Source: Candidatus Krumholzibacteriia bacterium
GTDB taxonomy: Bacteria > Krumholzibacteriota > Krumholzibacteriia > LZORAL124-64-63
DNA length: 55,304 nucleotides
Direction of reading: 5' to 3'
NCBI GenBank assembly: GCA_046484865.1
Contig: JAWOID010000007.1
Coordinates: 1-55,304 of the forward strand
Shown here piece by piece: positions 30,987-40,296 of the stretch. Position numbers and translations under genes: made by a program. The notes beneath the pieces were generated by a model. The model made no database searches. It was not told the DNA's origin and was given only the letters and a program-made list of their open reading frames with translations. Each line of letters starts with the position of its first letter. Position 1 is the first letter of the stretch.

Positions 30987-31622
30987 GTGGGCATGGGTGC
31001 GGCCAAGTCGCTGGTGGCCCCTCCGGCCTGGCTCATGTTCACCGCCACGGTGCGGTGCAACACCACCGACCTGCCGCCCCGTCCGGCCGCCGGTCCGGTG
31101 ATCTTCGCCTGCCTGCACCGGGACATCCTCCCCGCCCTGCTCCACGTCCGGCCGGCCCATCCGTTCCTGCTCGTCAGCCGGTCACCCGACGGCGACCTGC
31201 TGGTGCGGGCGCTCGCGCGCCACGGATTCCGCTTCGTGCGTGGCGCCGGGGGCGAAGCGGGAGGGGCGGCCGCCTTCCGCGGGCTGCTCCAGGCGCTCGC
31301 GGGCGGGAATCACGTGGGAGTGGCGGTCGACGGGCCGAGGGGGCCGTTCGGTCGCATCCGCACGGGCGTGCTCGAACTTGCGCGCCGCTCCGGACGGCCG
31401 GTGCTGCCGCTGACGGCGCGGGCCGGCCAGGCGCTGGTGCTGCGGAGCTGGGACCGGACGGTGGTGCCCTGGCCGTTCTCGCGAGTGGAGGTGCTGCCGC
31501 TGGCCAGGGTGACGGTGGCGGACGGTGCGGGACGAGCAGGACTGGAGCGGGCCCGCGACGAGCTGCGTGCGCGACTGCTCGGCCTCGAGGCCGGCCGGGA
31601 GGACGGCGATGGAGATCCTTGA
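30987..31622 (+). CDS. DUF374 / LpxJ-like lysophospholipid acyltransferase
   Basis: IFACLH, LVSRSPDG, VRG, AVDGPRGP, SWDR..VPWPFSR; start may be ATG 30993. Confidence 0.85.
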   Translation: MGMGAAKSLVAPPAWLMFTATVRCNTTDLPPRPAAGPVIFACLHRDILPALLHVRPAHPFLLVSRSPDGDLLVRALARHGFRFVRGAGGEAGGAAAFRGLLQALAGGNHVGVAVDGPRGPFGRIRTGVLELARRSGRPVLPLTARAGQALVLRSWDRTVVPWPFSRVEVLPLARVTVADGAGRAGLERARDELRARLLGLEAGREDGDGDP

Positions 31623-32679
31623 CCTCCGCTCGCGTCCGCTGCGCCTGGCCGAACGGATCTGGCGCCGCCCGCCGGGCCCCGGAGTACGGCCGCTGGCGCG
31701 GCTCGCGGCGGACCTGGTCCATCTGGCGGCCCGCTGCCGGAACGCCGCGCGCGGCGCCCCGCCGACGGGGGTGCTGGTGGTGTCCGTGGGCAACCTCGCG
31801 CTCGGCGGCACGGGCAAGACGCCGGTGGTCCGGCAACTCGCGCTCGACCTGGCGGGGCGGGGCCGCCGGGGCGCCGTGCTCACCCGCGGCTACGGTTCGC
31901 GCGCTGCCGGCCCGCTGGTCGTGGACGCCGGCGATGCCGCCGCGGGTGACGAGTCGCGCCTGCTGGCCGCGGCCCTGGCGGGGACCGGCTGGACCGTGGT
32001 GCAGGCGCGCCGCCGCGGCCGGGGCCTGGCGCGGCTACTGGCGCTCGAGCCCGCCCCGGAGATCATCGTGGTGGAGGATGGACACCAGACGGCCGGCGTG
32101 CCGCGTCACCTCGACGTGCTGATCCTCGACGACTGGCGCGTGCAGGACTCGACGGACCGTCCCCGGCTTGAGCCGCGGACCGGCCTGGTGTTTCCGTTCG
32201 GACCCTACCGGGAGGATGCGCGCGGCGCCGGTCGCGCGGACGTCTGGCTGGTGGAGAGCGACCACCCGCCCGACGGCGCGCGAGCCGCCGCCGGAGCGGC
32301 CGTGCTCGGCTTCCGGCGGCGGGCCACGGTGGCCGGGGACATTCCGCAGCCGTACGCAGTGGTCGCCGGCATCGCCCATCCCGAACGCTTCGAGGCCGAT
32401 GCGGCCGCGCTCGCCGGCGCTCCTCCGCGCCTCGCCGTCCGCCTGGACGATCACTCGCGCTACACCGGGGACCGGGTGGCGCAGATCCTGGCTGCGGGAC
32501 GGCGCGCGGGTGTGGCGGGATGGCTCACCACGGAGAAGGACTGGGTGAAACTGTCCGGCCGGTGGCCCGCCGAGGTACCCATGGTGCCGGTGGTCCTGGA
32601 GGTGGCCTGGACATCGCAGGAGGCGCTCCCCGACGTGATCGAGGAGCGCCTGCCTGTCGGTCGACGGAACCCGCGCTGA
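31609..32679 (+). CDS. lpxK: Tetraacyldisaccharide 4'-kinase
   Basis: VSVGNLALGGTGKTP, LTRGYG, GDE, EDGHQ, AGIAHPERF, DDH, TTEKDWVK. Confidence 0.92.
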   Translation: MEILDLRSRPLRLAERIWRRPPGPGVRPLARLAADLVHLAARCRNAARGAPPTGVLVVSVGNLALGGTGKTPVVRQLALDLAGRGRRGAVLTRGYGSRAAGPLVVDAGDAAAGDESRLLAAALAGTGWTVVQARRRGRGLARLLALEPAPEIIVVEDGHQTAGVPRHLDVLILDDWRVQDSTDRPRLEPRTGLVFPFGPYREDARGAGRADVWLVESDHPPDGARAAAGAAVLGFRRRATVAGDIPQPYAVVAGIAHPERFEADAAALAGAPPRLAVRLDDHSRYTGDRVAQILAAGRRAGVAGWLTTEKDWVKLSGRWPAEVPMVPVVLEVAWTSQEALPDVIEERLPVGRRNPR

Positions 32680-32722
32680 AGCTCGCCCCGATCCAGGCTC
32701 GGTCCAGGTTCTCGGACCGGGC

Positions 32723-33331
32723 CTAGTTGCGCGACGAGACCTGTCCGAAGAACGTCACCGTGAAACCGCCCCCGAGCTCCACGATCGTGTCGCTGCCGGT
32801 CTCGTGGCCGCGGAAGCGCAGCTCGCAGGTGGCGGTGTACGCGCCCTCGCCCACGTACAGGATGTCACGGTACCACGATTCCTCCTTCATCCCGCGATCG
32901 GCGACGAGGATGGAGACCGAGGCTTCCTGACCGACCGGCACGATCACGTCGCACATGCCGCCGGACACGTTGTAGTCGGTCAGGGCTGCCGGGGCACCGG
33001 GTCCCGGATGCCAGATCAGGTCGTAGTTGGTCACGTGGAACCAGCTGTACGGACCGTCGTCCGGCAGGTAGACCATCGAGTTGTACGGCCGGGCGAAGAA
33101 GGTGACGGTGGCGAAGTCGATCGGCAGAAAATCGTCGTCCGTTCCTGCCATGCCGTCGTTGCCGACGTTCAGGTAAGCCGACACGAGCGGGGTGCCGTCG
33201 TTGATGGCCGCCACCTCGCAGACGAGACGCTGCCACTCGTTGCCGTCGTGGTTGTCGCACCCGCCGAGGGCCACCATGCCGGTGGCGAGACCGAGGGCGA
33301 TCAAGGCGGAGATCAGGCGCCGGGATGTCAC
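32723..33331 (-). CDS. Hypothetical lipoprotein (beta-rich)
   Basis: GTG after GGAGG; signal peptide with lipobox LGGC; acidic GNDGMAGTDDD loop. Confidence 0.8.
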   Translation of the reverse strand: MTSRRLISALIALGLATGMVALGGCDNHDGNEWQRLVCEVAAINDGTPLVSAYLNVGNDGMAGTDDDFLPIDFATVTFFARPYNSMVYLPDDGPYSWFHVTNYDLIWHPGPGAPAALTDYNVSGGMCDVIVPVGQEASVSILVADRGMKEESWYRDILYVGEGAYTATCELRFRGHETGSDTIVELGGGFTVTFFGQVSSRN

Positions 33332-33403
33332 GTTCCGTCCTCCTGGATTGGCACTGGCCACAGCTCTCCCGCGAGAGCCCGAGCAAGGCTCGTTCCTGTC
33401 CCA

Positions 33404-33431
33404 TGATCGTTCGTCCGTGCCGGGACTTGAG
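33404..33431 (-). promoter_or_regulatory. sigma28/FliA-like promoter for the lipoprotein gene
   Basis: Minus strand CTCAAG-N14-AACGATCA. Confidence 0.5.
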
Positions 33432-33496
33432 CGGATTCTGAGGCCTTCCCGGTGCCGCGGGGGCCGTGCGCGCATCGGCCCGCCGGCGGTCGGACG

Positions 33497-33526
33497 TTGC
33501 TGGCGGTGGCGCCGGAACGGTATATT
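33497..33526 (+). promoter_or_regulatory. Candidate sigma70 promoter for the nadB-bsh operon
   Basis: TTGCTG-N18-TATATT. Confidence 0.45.
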
Positions 33527-33609
33527 GGTCGCGCCCGTCACGCGGCTGGACATCGCATCCTGCCGGCTCCACCCGGCGTCGCGCACGAACCTGCAGCAAT
33601 CGGGGCGTC

Positions 33610-35286
33610 ATGGCGCGTTCTCCCTCTGCCGACTTCGTCCACAGCCGCTACCTGGTGGTCGGATCCGGGATCGCCGGATTGCAGTTCGCACTGCTGGCGG
33701 CAGGCGATGGACCGGTGCGGGTGGTCACCAAGAAGGAGCCGCGCGAGAGCAGTACCAACTACGCCCAGGGGGGCATCGCGGCGGTGCTCTCGCCGCTGGA
33801 CGACTTCGAACTCCACGTGCAGGACACCCTGACCGCCGGCGACGGGCTGTGTCGCGAGCCGGTCGTGCGCGCGATGGTGGAGGCGGCGCCCGCGCTCGTG
33901 GAGCGATTGCTCTCCTACGGCGTGCAGTTCTCCCGCGAGGACGACCGGCCCGACGCTCCGTTCGCCCTGGGACGGGAGGGTGGTCATTCCCGGCGGCGGA
34001 TCCTGCACAGCCGCGACCTCACCGGTCAGGAGCTGGAGGCGCGCCTGCTCGAGGCCTGCCGCCGCCATCCGGACGTGACGATCGAGGAGGATCACCTGGG
34101 CGTGGACCTGATCCGCGCCGCCGACCTCGAGCCCGGCGCGGCCGTGCCGCAGCGCGTGGTGGGGTGCTGGGTGCTGCGGCGCGGAAACCTGGAGATCCGC
34201 CCCTACCTGGCCGATGCGGTGATCCTGGCCACGGGCGGCTGCGGCAAGGTCTACAGCTACACCAGCAACCCCGACATCAGCACCGGCGACGGCATCGCCA
34301 TGGCGTACCGGGCGGGTGCGCGGCTGGGGAACCTGGAGTTCGTCCAGTTCCATCCGACCTGCCTGTACCACCCCGAGGCCAAGAGCTTCCTCATCAGCGA
34401 GGCGGTCCGCGGCGAGGGCGCGGTGCTCGTCAACGGCCGCGGCGAGCGGTTCATGAGCCGCTACCACCCGCTGGCCGACCTGGCGCCGCGCGACGTCGTC
34501 GCCCGCGGCATCGACCAGGAGATGAAGACCAGCGGCGACCCGTGCGCCTTCCTGGACCTGCGGCACCTGCCGGCAGACGCCGTCCGGCGACGATTCCCCA
34601 ACCTCGTGGCCACCTGCGCGAAGTTCGGTATCGACATGACCGGGGAGCCGGTGCCGGTGGTGCCGGCCGCGCACTACATGTGCGGCGGCGTCCTCTGCGA
34701 TGCCCGGGGGCACACCAGCCTGCCGGGGCTGTACGTCGTGGGGGAATCGGCCTGCACGGGCGTGCACGGTGCGAACCGGCTGGCGAGCAACTCGCTGCTG
34801 GAGGCCGTGTACTTCGCCGACGTGACCGCCCGCGCCGCTGCGACCGACCCGCCTTACTTCGGCGAGGGCGCTCCGCTGCTGCCGCCCTCGCCGTCGGTGC
34901 GGGGCGGCTCCGACCGCGGCCCCGAGGTGATGGTGCTGGAGCACGACTGGGACTCCGTCCGGCGGGTCATGTGGGATTACGTCGGGATCGTGCGCGACCG
35001 GCGCCGGCTCGAGATCGCGCTGGACCGCACGCGCGCCATCCGCCGCACGGCGGAATCCGTGTACAGGCACTACCTCGTGAACGCCGAGATGGTGGAGCTG
35101 CGCAACGTCGCCCTGGTGGGCGAGTTGATCATCCTCTGTGCCCTCGCCCGCCGCGAGAGCCGCGGTCTGCACTCCACCGTGGATTTTCCCGCCAAGCTGC
35201 CGGAGCCGCGGGAATCGGTGATCGCGCGCGACGAGCCGCTGGATGGTCGTCTGGCCTGGGAGCCGTCCTTCGGGGCAGAGCGGTGA
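33610..35286 (+). CDS. nadB: L-aspartate oxidase
   Basis: VVGSGIAGL, YAQGGIAAV, REGGHS, QFHPT, LISEAVRGEG, LAPRDVV, HYMCGG, HGANRLASNSL, ESRGLH. Confidence 0.96.
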   Translation: MARSPSADFVHSRYLVVGSGIAGLQFALLAAGDGPVRVVTKKEPRESSTNYAQGGIAAVLSPLDDFELHVQDTLTAGDGLCREPVVRAMVEAAPALVERLLSYGVQFSREDDRPDAPFALGREGGHSRRRILHSRDLTGQELEARLLEACRRHPDVTIEEDHLGVDLIRAADLEPGAAVPQRVVGCWVLRRGNLEIRPYLADAVILATGGCGKVYSYTSNPDISTGDGIAMAYRAGARLGNLEFVQFHPTCLYHPEAKSFLISEAVRGEGAVLVNGRGERFMSRYHPLADLAPRDVVARGIDQEMKTSGDPCAFLDLRHLPADAVRRRFPNLVATCAKFGIDMTGEPVPVVPAAHYMCGGVLCDARGHTSLPGLYVVGESACTGVHGANRLASNSLLEAVYFADVTARAAATDPPYFGEGAPLLPPSPSVRGGSDRGPEVMVLEHDWDSVRRVMWDYVGIVRDRRRLEIALDRTRAIRRTAESVYRHYLVNAEMVELRNVALVGELIILCALARRESRGLHSTVDFPAKLPEPRESVIARDEPLDGRLAWEPSFGAER

Positions 35287-36152
35287 GCGGCCGTCGCGGC
35301 GCCGGCGAGCGCCCCTGGTTCGTGGACGCCTTCGACCGCCACTACCCGCTGCTGTACCGGCATCGCGACGCGGCCGAGGCGCGTCGCGCGGTGGCGATCC
35401 TGCCCCGGCTGGCGCCCCTGGGTTCCGGTCCGGTGCTCGATCTCGGCTGTGGCGGCGGGCGGCACCTGGTGGAGCTCTCGCGGCAGGGAGTGCCCGTCGT
35501 GGGCCTGGACCTCTCCCCGGCGCTGCTGGGCGAGGCCGCGCGGCTGCGTGAAGCGGCAGGTGCGCGGTACGCCCTGGTGCGCGCGGACATGCGCCGGTTG
35601 CCCCTGCGTCCGCGCGCGGTGACGGCGGTGCTGTCGCTCTTCACCGCCTTCGGCTACTTCGGCGGACTGGCGGCCCACGCCCCGGTGCTCGCGGAAGTGG
35701 CGCGGGTGCTGGCACCGGGAGGTCACTGGTTTCTCGACTACCTGGACGCGGACCGCGTGCGCGACGAACTGGTCGCTGGGCCGGTGCGGCCTCACGAGCG
35801 CTGCGTGGGGCCGCTGCTGGTGCGCGAGCAGAGGCGTCTGGAGGCCGACCCGCCGGTGGTGGCGAAGGACGTGCTGCTGATGCCGCGCGAGGGGAACGCA
35901 GAGGAGGCCGCCGCCCTCGGCGTGCCGCGGGAGGGACGCCGGTACACCGAGCGCGTGGCCCTCTTCTCGCTCGCGGAGATCGACGCTGCGGCGGCGGCGG
36001 CCGGGCTCGCCCGCGTGGCCGCCGCCGGGAACTATGACGGCGGTCCTCTGGGCGCCCGCGAGGCGGACCGGTGGATCCTGGTGTTCCGGCGGGCGAACGA
36101 GCCTGGGGCCTCGCCGTCGCGGACCGGACGTTCCGGCCTGGCGGGGGAGTGA
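35283..36152 (+). CDS. Class I SAM-dependent methyltransferase (candidate N-methyl-bacillithiol synthase)
   Basis: WF..AF...Y..LYRHRD, VLDLGCGGGRH, GLDLS, ADMR, LFTAFGYF; GTGA overlap with the nadB stop. Confidence 0.88.
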   Translation: MSGRRGAGERPWFVDAFDRHYPLLYRHRDAAEARRAVAILPRLAPLGSGPVLDLGCGGGRHLVELSRQGVPVVGLDLSPALLGEAARLREAAGARYALVRADMRRLPLRPRAVTAVLSLFTAFGYFGGLAAHAPVLAEVARVLAPGGHWFLDYLDADRVRDELVAGPVRPHERCVGPLLVREQRRLEADPPVVAKDVLLMPREGNAEEAAALGVPREGRRYTERVALFSLAEIDAAAAAAGLARVAAAGNYDGGPLGAREADRWILVFRRANEPGASPSRTGRSGLAGE

Positions 36153-36159
36153 TGCTGCC

Positions 36160-37854
36160 ATGATCTCCGTACGGCGGGGTCTTGACCTCGGATGCCACCC
36201 CGAGAGCGGGACCGTCCTGCGCGCGTGGCTCGCCGGCCATCCCCGGCTCGGTGATGCGCGCGGCGATCTGGAGCGATTCCTGACTGCACCGGCGCCGGGA
36301 AGGACGGAGGCGGAGTGCGCGCCGATCTGGCGTGGATCGTGGCGCCGGGCCTGGCTGCCCGATCTGTTGCGGGACGCGCCGGACTCCGCCACGCGCGGCC
36401 TGATGGCGGAGGCGGCGGAGAGCCTGGCCGCAGGGCGGGCCGACCCCGTGGTCACCGGCCAGCAGCCCGGCTATCTGGGCGGTCCGCTGTACACACTGCT
36501 GAAGGTGGCCACGGCCATCGTGCTGGCGGATTCGCGCACCGCGGCGGGGCGTCCCACGGTGCCGGTATTCTGGTCCGGCGACGACGACGACGATCTGCGC
36601 GAAGCCATGGCGCCGGTGATCTACGATCCCGCGCGCGACGTGCTGCTGCGGGGCCGCCTGGAGGACGCGGGTGCTGCCGACCTGCCCGGCGTGGCCGGCG
36701 CTCCCGCCCAGCGCGACGGTGCCGACGGCGCCGGCACCGCTGCCGACCGGATGATCGGCGAGCTTCCCGCCACTGTGGCCGCCGGCGCCGGCGCCTGGCT
36801 GGCGGAGCAGCGTCACCGGGGCGAGCTGGCGCGCGACCTGGAGCGGATTCACGCCGTGGCCGCCCGCGAGGGCTGGTCGTGGAGCCGCCTGCAGCGAAGG
36901 ACCTTGCTGCGGATCTTTCGCGGCCGGCCGCTGCTCGTGGTCAGCGGCAACGATCCCGGGCTGCACGCCGCCGCCGCGCCGCTCTACCGGGCCGTGTGGG
37001 CGGACCGGGCGCGATTCGGTGCAATCCTCGCCGGCGCCGGCGACGAACTCGAGAGCGGCGGTTTTCCGCGTCCATTGCCGGAGACGGCGGGTGAGCGCAT
37101 CCTGAACCTCCAGGAAGGCGGCCGCCGCCGGGCCCTGCCCGCGGCCGTCGGAGGCGGTGACGCCGGTGGCGCCGGCGCCGACGCCGGCGGCGACTCCAAC
37201 CCGTCCGCCCTGCCCGATGTGGCGCGGCTGCGACCGGCCGTGGCGCTGCGCGCCGCGGTCCAGGACTGGCTCTTCCGGCCGGCCGGGGTGGTGGTGGGGC
37301 CGGGCGAGGTCGCTTATCTCGCTCAACTCGCGTCCGTCTATGCGGCCTTCGGAGTGCCCCGCTGCGCGATGCTGCCGCGGCTATTCGCGTGGCTGGCACC
37401 GGCGGGCAGCGATCCGGCGGCGGGGTTGCCGGGATCCGATCGGGGCACCGGCGACCGCGCAGCGGCGGCCGAACGGGTGGGCGAGGAGGCGGCCCGGCTG
37501 CTCGAGGGTGCTCTGCGGGAGCAGGCCGGTGCCGACCCGGAACGGGCGCGCCGCCTGGCCGCTGAACAGGCCGCGAGCTGGAGCCGGCAGGCCCGCCGCA
37601 TGCTGGTGCGCGAGGACCGCCGCCGGCGGCGAGCCGAGCGGGCGACGCCGCTCCCCTGGCTGCGCCCCGCGGGTCGCCGCCAGGAGCGCACGCTGGCCGC
37701 GCTATGCGCGGCCGCGCTGTGGGGTGACGATCTGACCGCGGCCCTCCTGCGGGCCGCCGAGAGCCACGTCGAGGCCGGGCGTCGGGGCCTCTGGTGCGAA
37801 TTCCACCTGGCGGTGGACGAGCCGCGACGCGGCGAGGGGAAGGAGAGAGCATGA
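36160..37854 (+). CDS. bshC: Bacillithiol biosynthesis BshC-like cysteine-adding enzyme
   Basis: VVTGQQPGYLGGPLYTLLK, VPVFW, LRAAVQDWLF, GPGEVAYLAQL, RQER; clustered with bshB1 and bshA. Confidence 0.85.
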   Translation: MISVRRGLDLGCHPESGTVLRAWLAGHPRLGDARGDLERFLTAPAPGRTEAECAPIWRGSWRRAWLPDLLRDAPDSATRGLMAEAAESLAAGRADPVVTGQQPGYLGGPLYTLLKVATAIVLADSRTAAGRPTVPVFWSGDDDDDLREAMAPVIYDPARDVLLRGRLEDAGAADLPGVAGAPAQRDGADGAGTAADRMIGELPATVAAGAGAWLAEQRHRGELARDLERIHAVAAREGWSWSRLQRRTLLRIFRGRPLLVVSGNDPGLHAAAAPLYRAVWADRARFGAILAGAGDELESGGFPRPLPETAGERILNLQEGGRRRALPAAVGGGDAGGAGADAGGDSNPSALPDVARLRPAVALRAAVQDWLFRPAGVVVGPGEVAYLAQLASVYAAFGVPRCAMLPRLFAWLAPAGSDPAAGLPGSDRGTGDRAAAAERVGEEAARLLEGALREQAGADPERARRLAAEQAASWSRQARRMLVREDRRRRRAERATPLPWLRPAGRRQERTLAALCAAALWGDDLTAALLRAAESHVEAGRRGLWCEFHLAVDEPRRGEGKERA

Positions 37855-38657
37855 CCTCCGCAGCGACGGACACGGGCGAGCGGCTGCCGTCCCCCGGCAC
37901 CGACCTGCTCTGCGTGGCACCCCACACCGACGACGCGGAGATCGCGCTGGGCGGCACGCTGCGCCTGCTGTCGGCTCGCGGCCGCACCGTGCGCGTCTGC
38001 GACCTGACCGGCGGCGAGCTGGCCAGCAACGGCACGCCCGACGAGCGCTGGGCCGAGGCCGCGGTCGCGTCGGCCGAGCTGGGGCTGGCGCAACGGGTGC
38101 AACTCGCACTGCCGGACGGGTTCCTCGATCCGGCCTCGCCGCGACAGGTGGCCCCGCTGGTGACGATCCTGCGCCGGTGGCGGCCGCGCTGGGTGGTGAC
38201 GGCCCCGGCGCCCCGGCGCCATCCGGACCACGTGGCTGCTCCCGCGCTGGTGGCGCGGGCGTGCTTCCTGGCGCGTCTGGCGACCTACCAGCCCGCGTCC
38301 GGGGGGGAGCGGTGGTGGCCGGTCGGGCCGCAGCAGGACGAATCCCTGCAACCGGTGGCGAAGACCTGGATCGCGGAGGCGCTGCTGGAGGTGTGCCCGG
38401 AGGACGGCGTCCCCTCGCTGATCTTCGACGTGACCACCACCTGGGACGCCAAGCTGCGCGCGATCGCCTGCTACGGCAGCCAGTTCGTGCGGGGAGGGGA
38501 TCGCCGCCCCACGTTCATCAACTCCGAGGACTTCCTGCGCCGCCTGGAGGGGCGGGGCCGCCTCTGGGGCGCGCGGGCGGGAGTGGCGTACGGCGAGGCT
38601 CTGCGCACCCGCGCCGTGCCGGTCCTGGCCGATCTACCGCCGGAGGTCTGGACGTGA
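37851..38657 (+). CDS. bshB1: PIG-L family GlcNAc-malate deacetylase
   Basis: PHTDDAEI, DLTGGELASNGT, RHPDH, KLRAIACYGSQF, YGEA. Confidence 0.9.
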   Translation: MTSAATDTGERLPSPGTDLLCVAPHTDDAEIALGGTLRLLSARGRTVRVCDLTGGELASNGTPDERWAEAAVASAELGLAQRVQLALPDGFLDPASPRQVAPLVTILRRWRPRWVVTAPAPRRHPDHVAAPALVARACFLARLATYQPASGGERWWPVGPQQDESLQPVAKTWIAEALLEVCPEDGVPSLIFDVTTTWDAKLRAIACYGSQFVRGGDRRPTFINSEDFLRRLEGRGRLWGARAGVAYGEALRTRAVPVLADLPPEVWT

Positions 38658-39793
38658 GCCGGCTGCCCGCCATCGGCATCACCTGCTACGCCAGCGCCGG
38701 CGGCAGCGGCGTGATCGCCACGGAACTGGGCCTGAACCTGGCCCGCAGCGGCTACTCGGTCCATTTCATAACGAGCCAGCTGCCCCTGCGGCTGCGGCGT
38801 TTCCGCCGCAACATCCTCTACCATCCGGTGGAGGTGCCCAGCTATCCGGTGTTCCTCCATCCGCCCTACACGCTGAGCCTGGCCACGGCCATGAGCAACG
38901 TGGCCATCGAGCACGGGCTGGACATCCTGCACGTGCACTATGCCATCCCGCACGCCGCCAGCGCGTTCCTGGCCCGGGAGATGGTGGGCGGCGGGCGCCT
39001 GAAGGTGATCACCACCCTCCACGGCACCGACATCACGCTGGTGGGGCAGGAACCCTCGTTCTTCCCCATGACCCGCTTCGTCATCGAGCGCAGCGACGCC
39101 GTGACCGCGGTGAGCGAGTTCCTGCGGCTGGAGACGCAGCAGGTGTTCGGCGTGACGCGGCCGATCACCGTGATCCCCAACTTCGTGGACACCCGCCGAT
39201 TCCACCCCCGCGAGTGTCCGCGGCGACGGGCACGGCTGGCCGAGCCGCACGAGCGGATCCTCATGCACGCCTCGAACTTCCGGCCGGTGAAGAACCTGGC
39301 GGCGGTGGTGGGGGTGTTCGCGCGCATCGCGCGCGACCTGCCGGCACGGCTGGTCCTCGTGGGCGAAGGACCGGAACTGCCCCGCGTCCGCGCCCAGGCC
39401 GAGGCGGAAGGGGTGGCCGACCGGCTCGTCCTGCTGGGCCAGGTGGACGATCTGGAGGCGTTGCTCCCCTGCGCGGACCTGGTCCTGCTGCCCTCCTGGC
39501 ACGAATCGTTTGGACTCGTCGCCCTGGAGGCGATGGCCTGCGGGGTGCCGGTGGTCGCCACCACCCGCGGCGGCACGGGCGAGTTCATCGTCGACGGCGT
39601 CAACGGCATGCTGCGGGAACCCGACGATTACGACGGCATGGCCGCCGCCGTCCGCCACCTGCTGAGCGACGATAACGCACGCAGCCACATGGGCGAGGAG
39701 GCCCGGCGCGATGCGGTGGAACGTTTCGGCGCGCGCTGCATTCTCAAGCAATACGTGGATCTTTATGACCGCGTCTGTAGCTCCGCAGGTTGA
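38654..39793 (+). CDS. bshA: N-acetyl-alpha-D-glucosaminyl L-malate synthase
   Basis: IGITCY...GGSGVIATELG, HVHYAIPHA, TTLHGTDITLVG, SNFRPVK, ESFGLVALEAMACG. Confidence 0.95.
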   Translation: MSRLPAIGITCYASAGGSGVIATELGLNLARSGYSVHFITSQLPLRLRRFRRNILYHPVEVPSYPVFLHPPYTLSLATAMSNVAIEHGLDILHVHYAIPHAASAFLAREMVGGGRLKVITTLHGTDITLVGQEPSFFPMTRFVIERSDAVTAVSEFLRLETQQVFGVTRPITVIPNFVDTRRFHPRECPRRRARLAEPHERILMHASNFRPVKNLAAVVGVFARIARDLPARLVLVGEGPELPRVRAQAEAEGVADRLVLLGQVDDLEALLPCADLVLLPSWHESFGLVALEAMACGVPVVATTRGGTGEFIVDGVNGMLREPDDYDGMAAAVRHLLSDDNARSHMGEEARRDAVERFGARCILKQYVDLYDRVCSSAG

Positions 39794-39817
39794 CACCCCC
39801 CGTCGGCCGTCTACAAT
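39790..39817 (+). promoter_or_regulatory. Near-consensus sigma70 promoter overlapping the bshA stop
   Basis: TTGACA-N16-TACAAT. Confidence 0.7.
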
Positions 39818-39918
39818 TGCACATGATGGATCGGTCCGCGGCCGCTCGGGCCGCGCCGGAGCGCGGCGACATCGCCGGGCAGGGCGCCGCGAGGTCGAGC
39901 CGCAGGAGGATGAGCGGC

Positions 39919-40296
39919 ATGCAGGAACCGACGGGTCTGCTGGTCGCGGTGCGGGCCGTCGCCACCCGCCGGGGCGTGTACACCCCCGAGGCCTATCTGT
40001 TCGTCCTGGAGGCCCTGGACAGGATCCTGTCCGGGCTCAAGGAGCGGCGGCACGTGTCGGGTGCCGATCTCCTGGAGGGGATCAAGCAACTCGGCCGCGA
40101 TCGCTTCGGCGTCATGGCGACCGACGTCTTCCACGAGTGGGGCGTCCGGGGCACCCTGGACTTCGGACGCATCGTCTTTCACCTGGTGGAGGCCGACCTG
40201 CTGAGCAAGCAGGACGAGGACTCCCTGAGCGACTTCATCGACAAGTTCGACTTCCGCCAGGTGTTCGAGCAGGAGTACTTTTTGGGCCGCACCTGA
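39919..40296 (+). CDS. Minf_1886-like conserved protein of unknown function
   Basis: Y..EAY.FV.EAL, RHVSG..LL, FG.MA..V...WGV..T.DFG.IVF.LV....L.K...DS..DF; ATG 9 nt after AGGAGG. Confidence 0.85.
   Translation: MQEPTGLLVAVRAVATRRGVYTPEAYLFVLEALDRILSGLKERRHVSGADLLEGIKQLGRDRFGVMATDVFHEWGVRGTLDFGRIVFHLVEADLLSKQDEDSLSDFIDKFDFRQVFEQEYFLGRT

Noticed and set aside
33192..35282. 986-aa ORF as a large methyltransferase fusion
   Set aside because: The upstream part is an alternate frame of nadB; the real gene starts at GTG 35283
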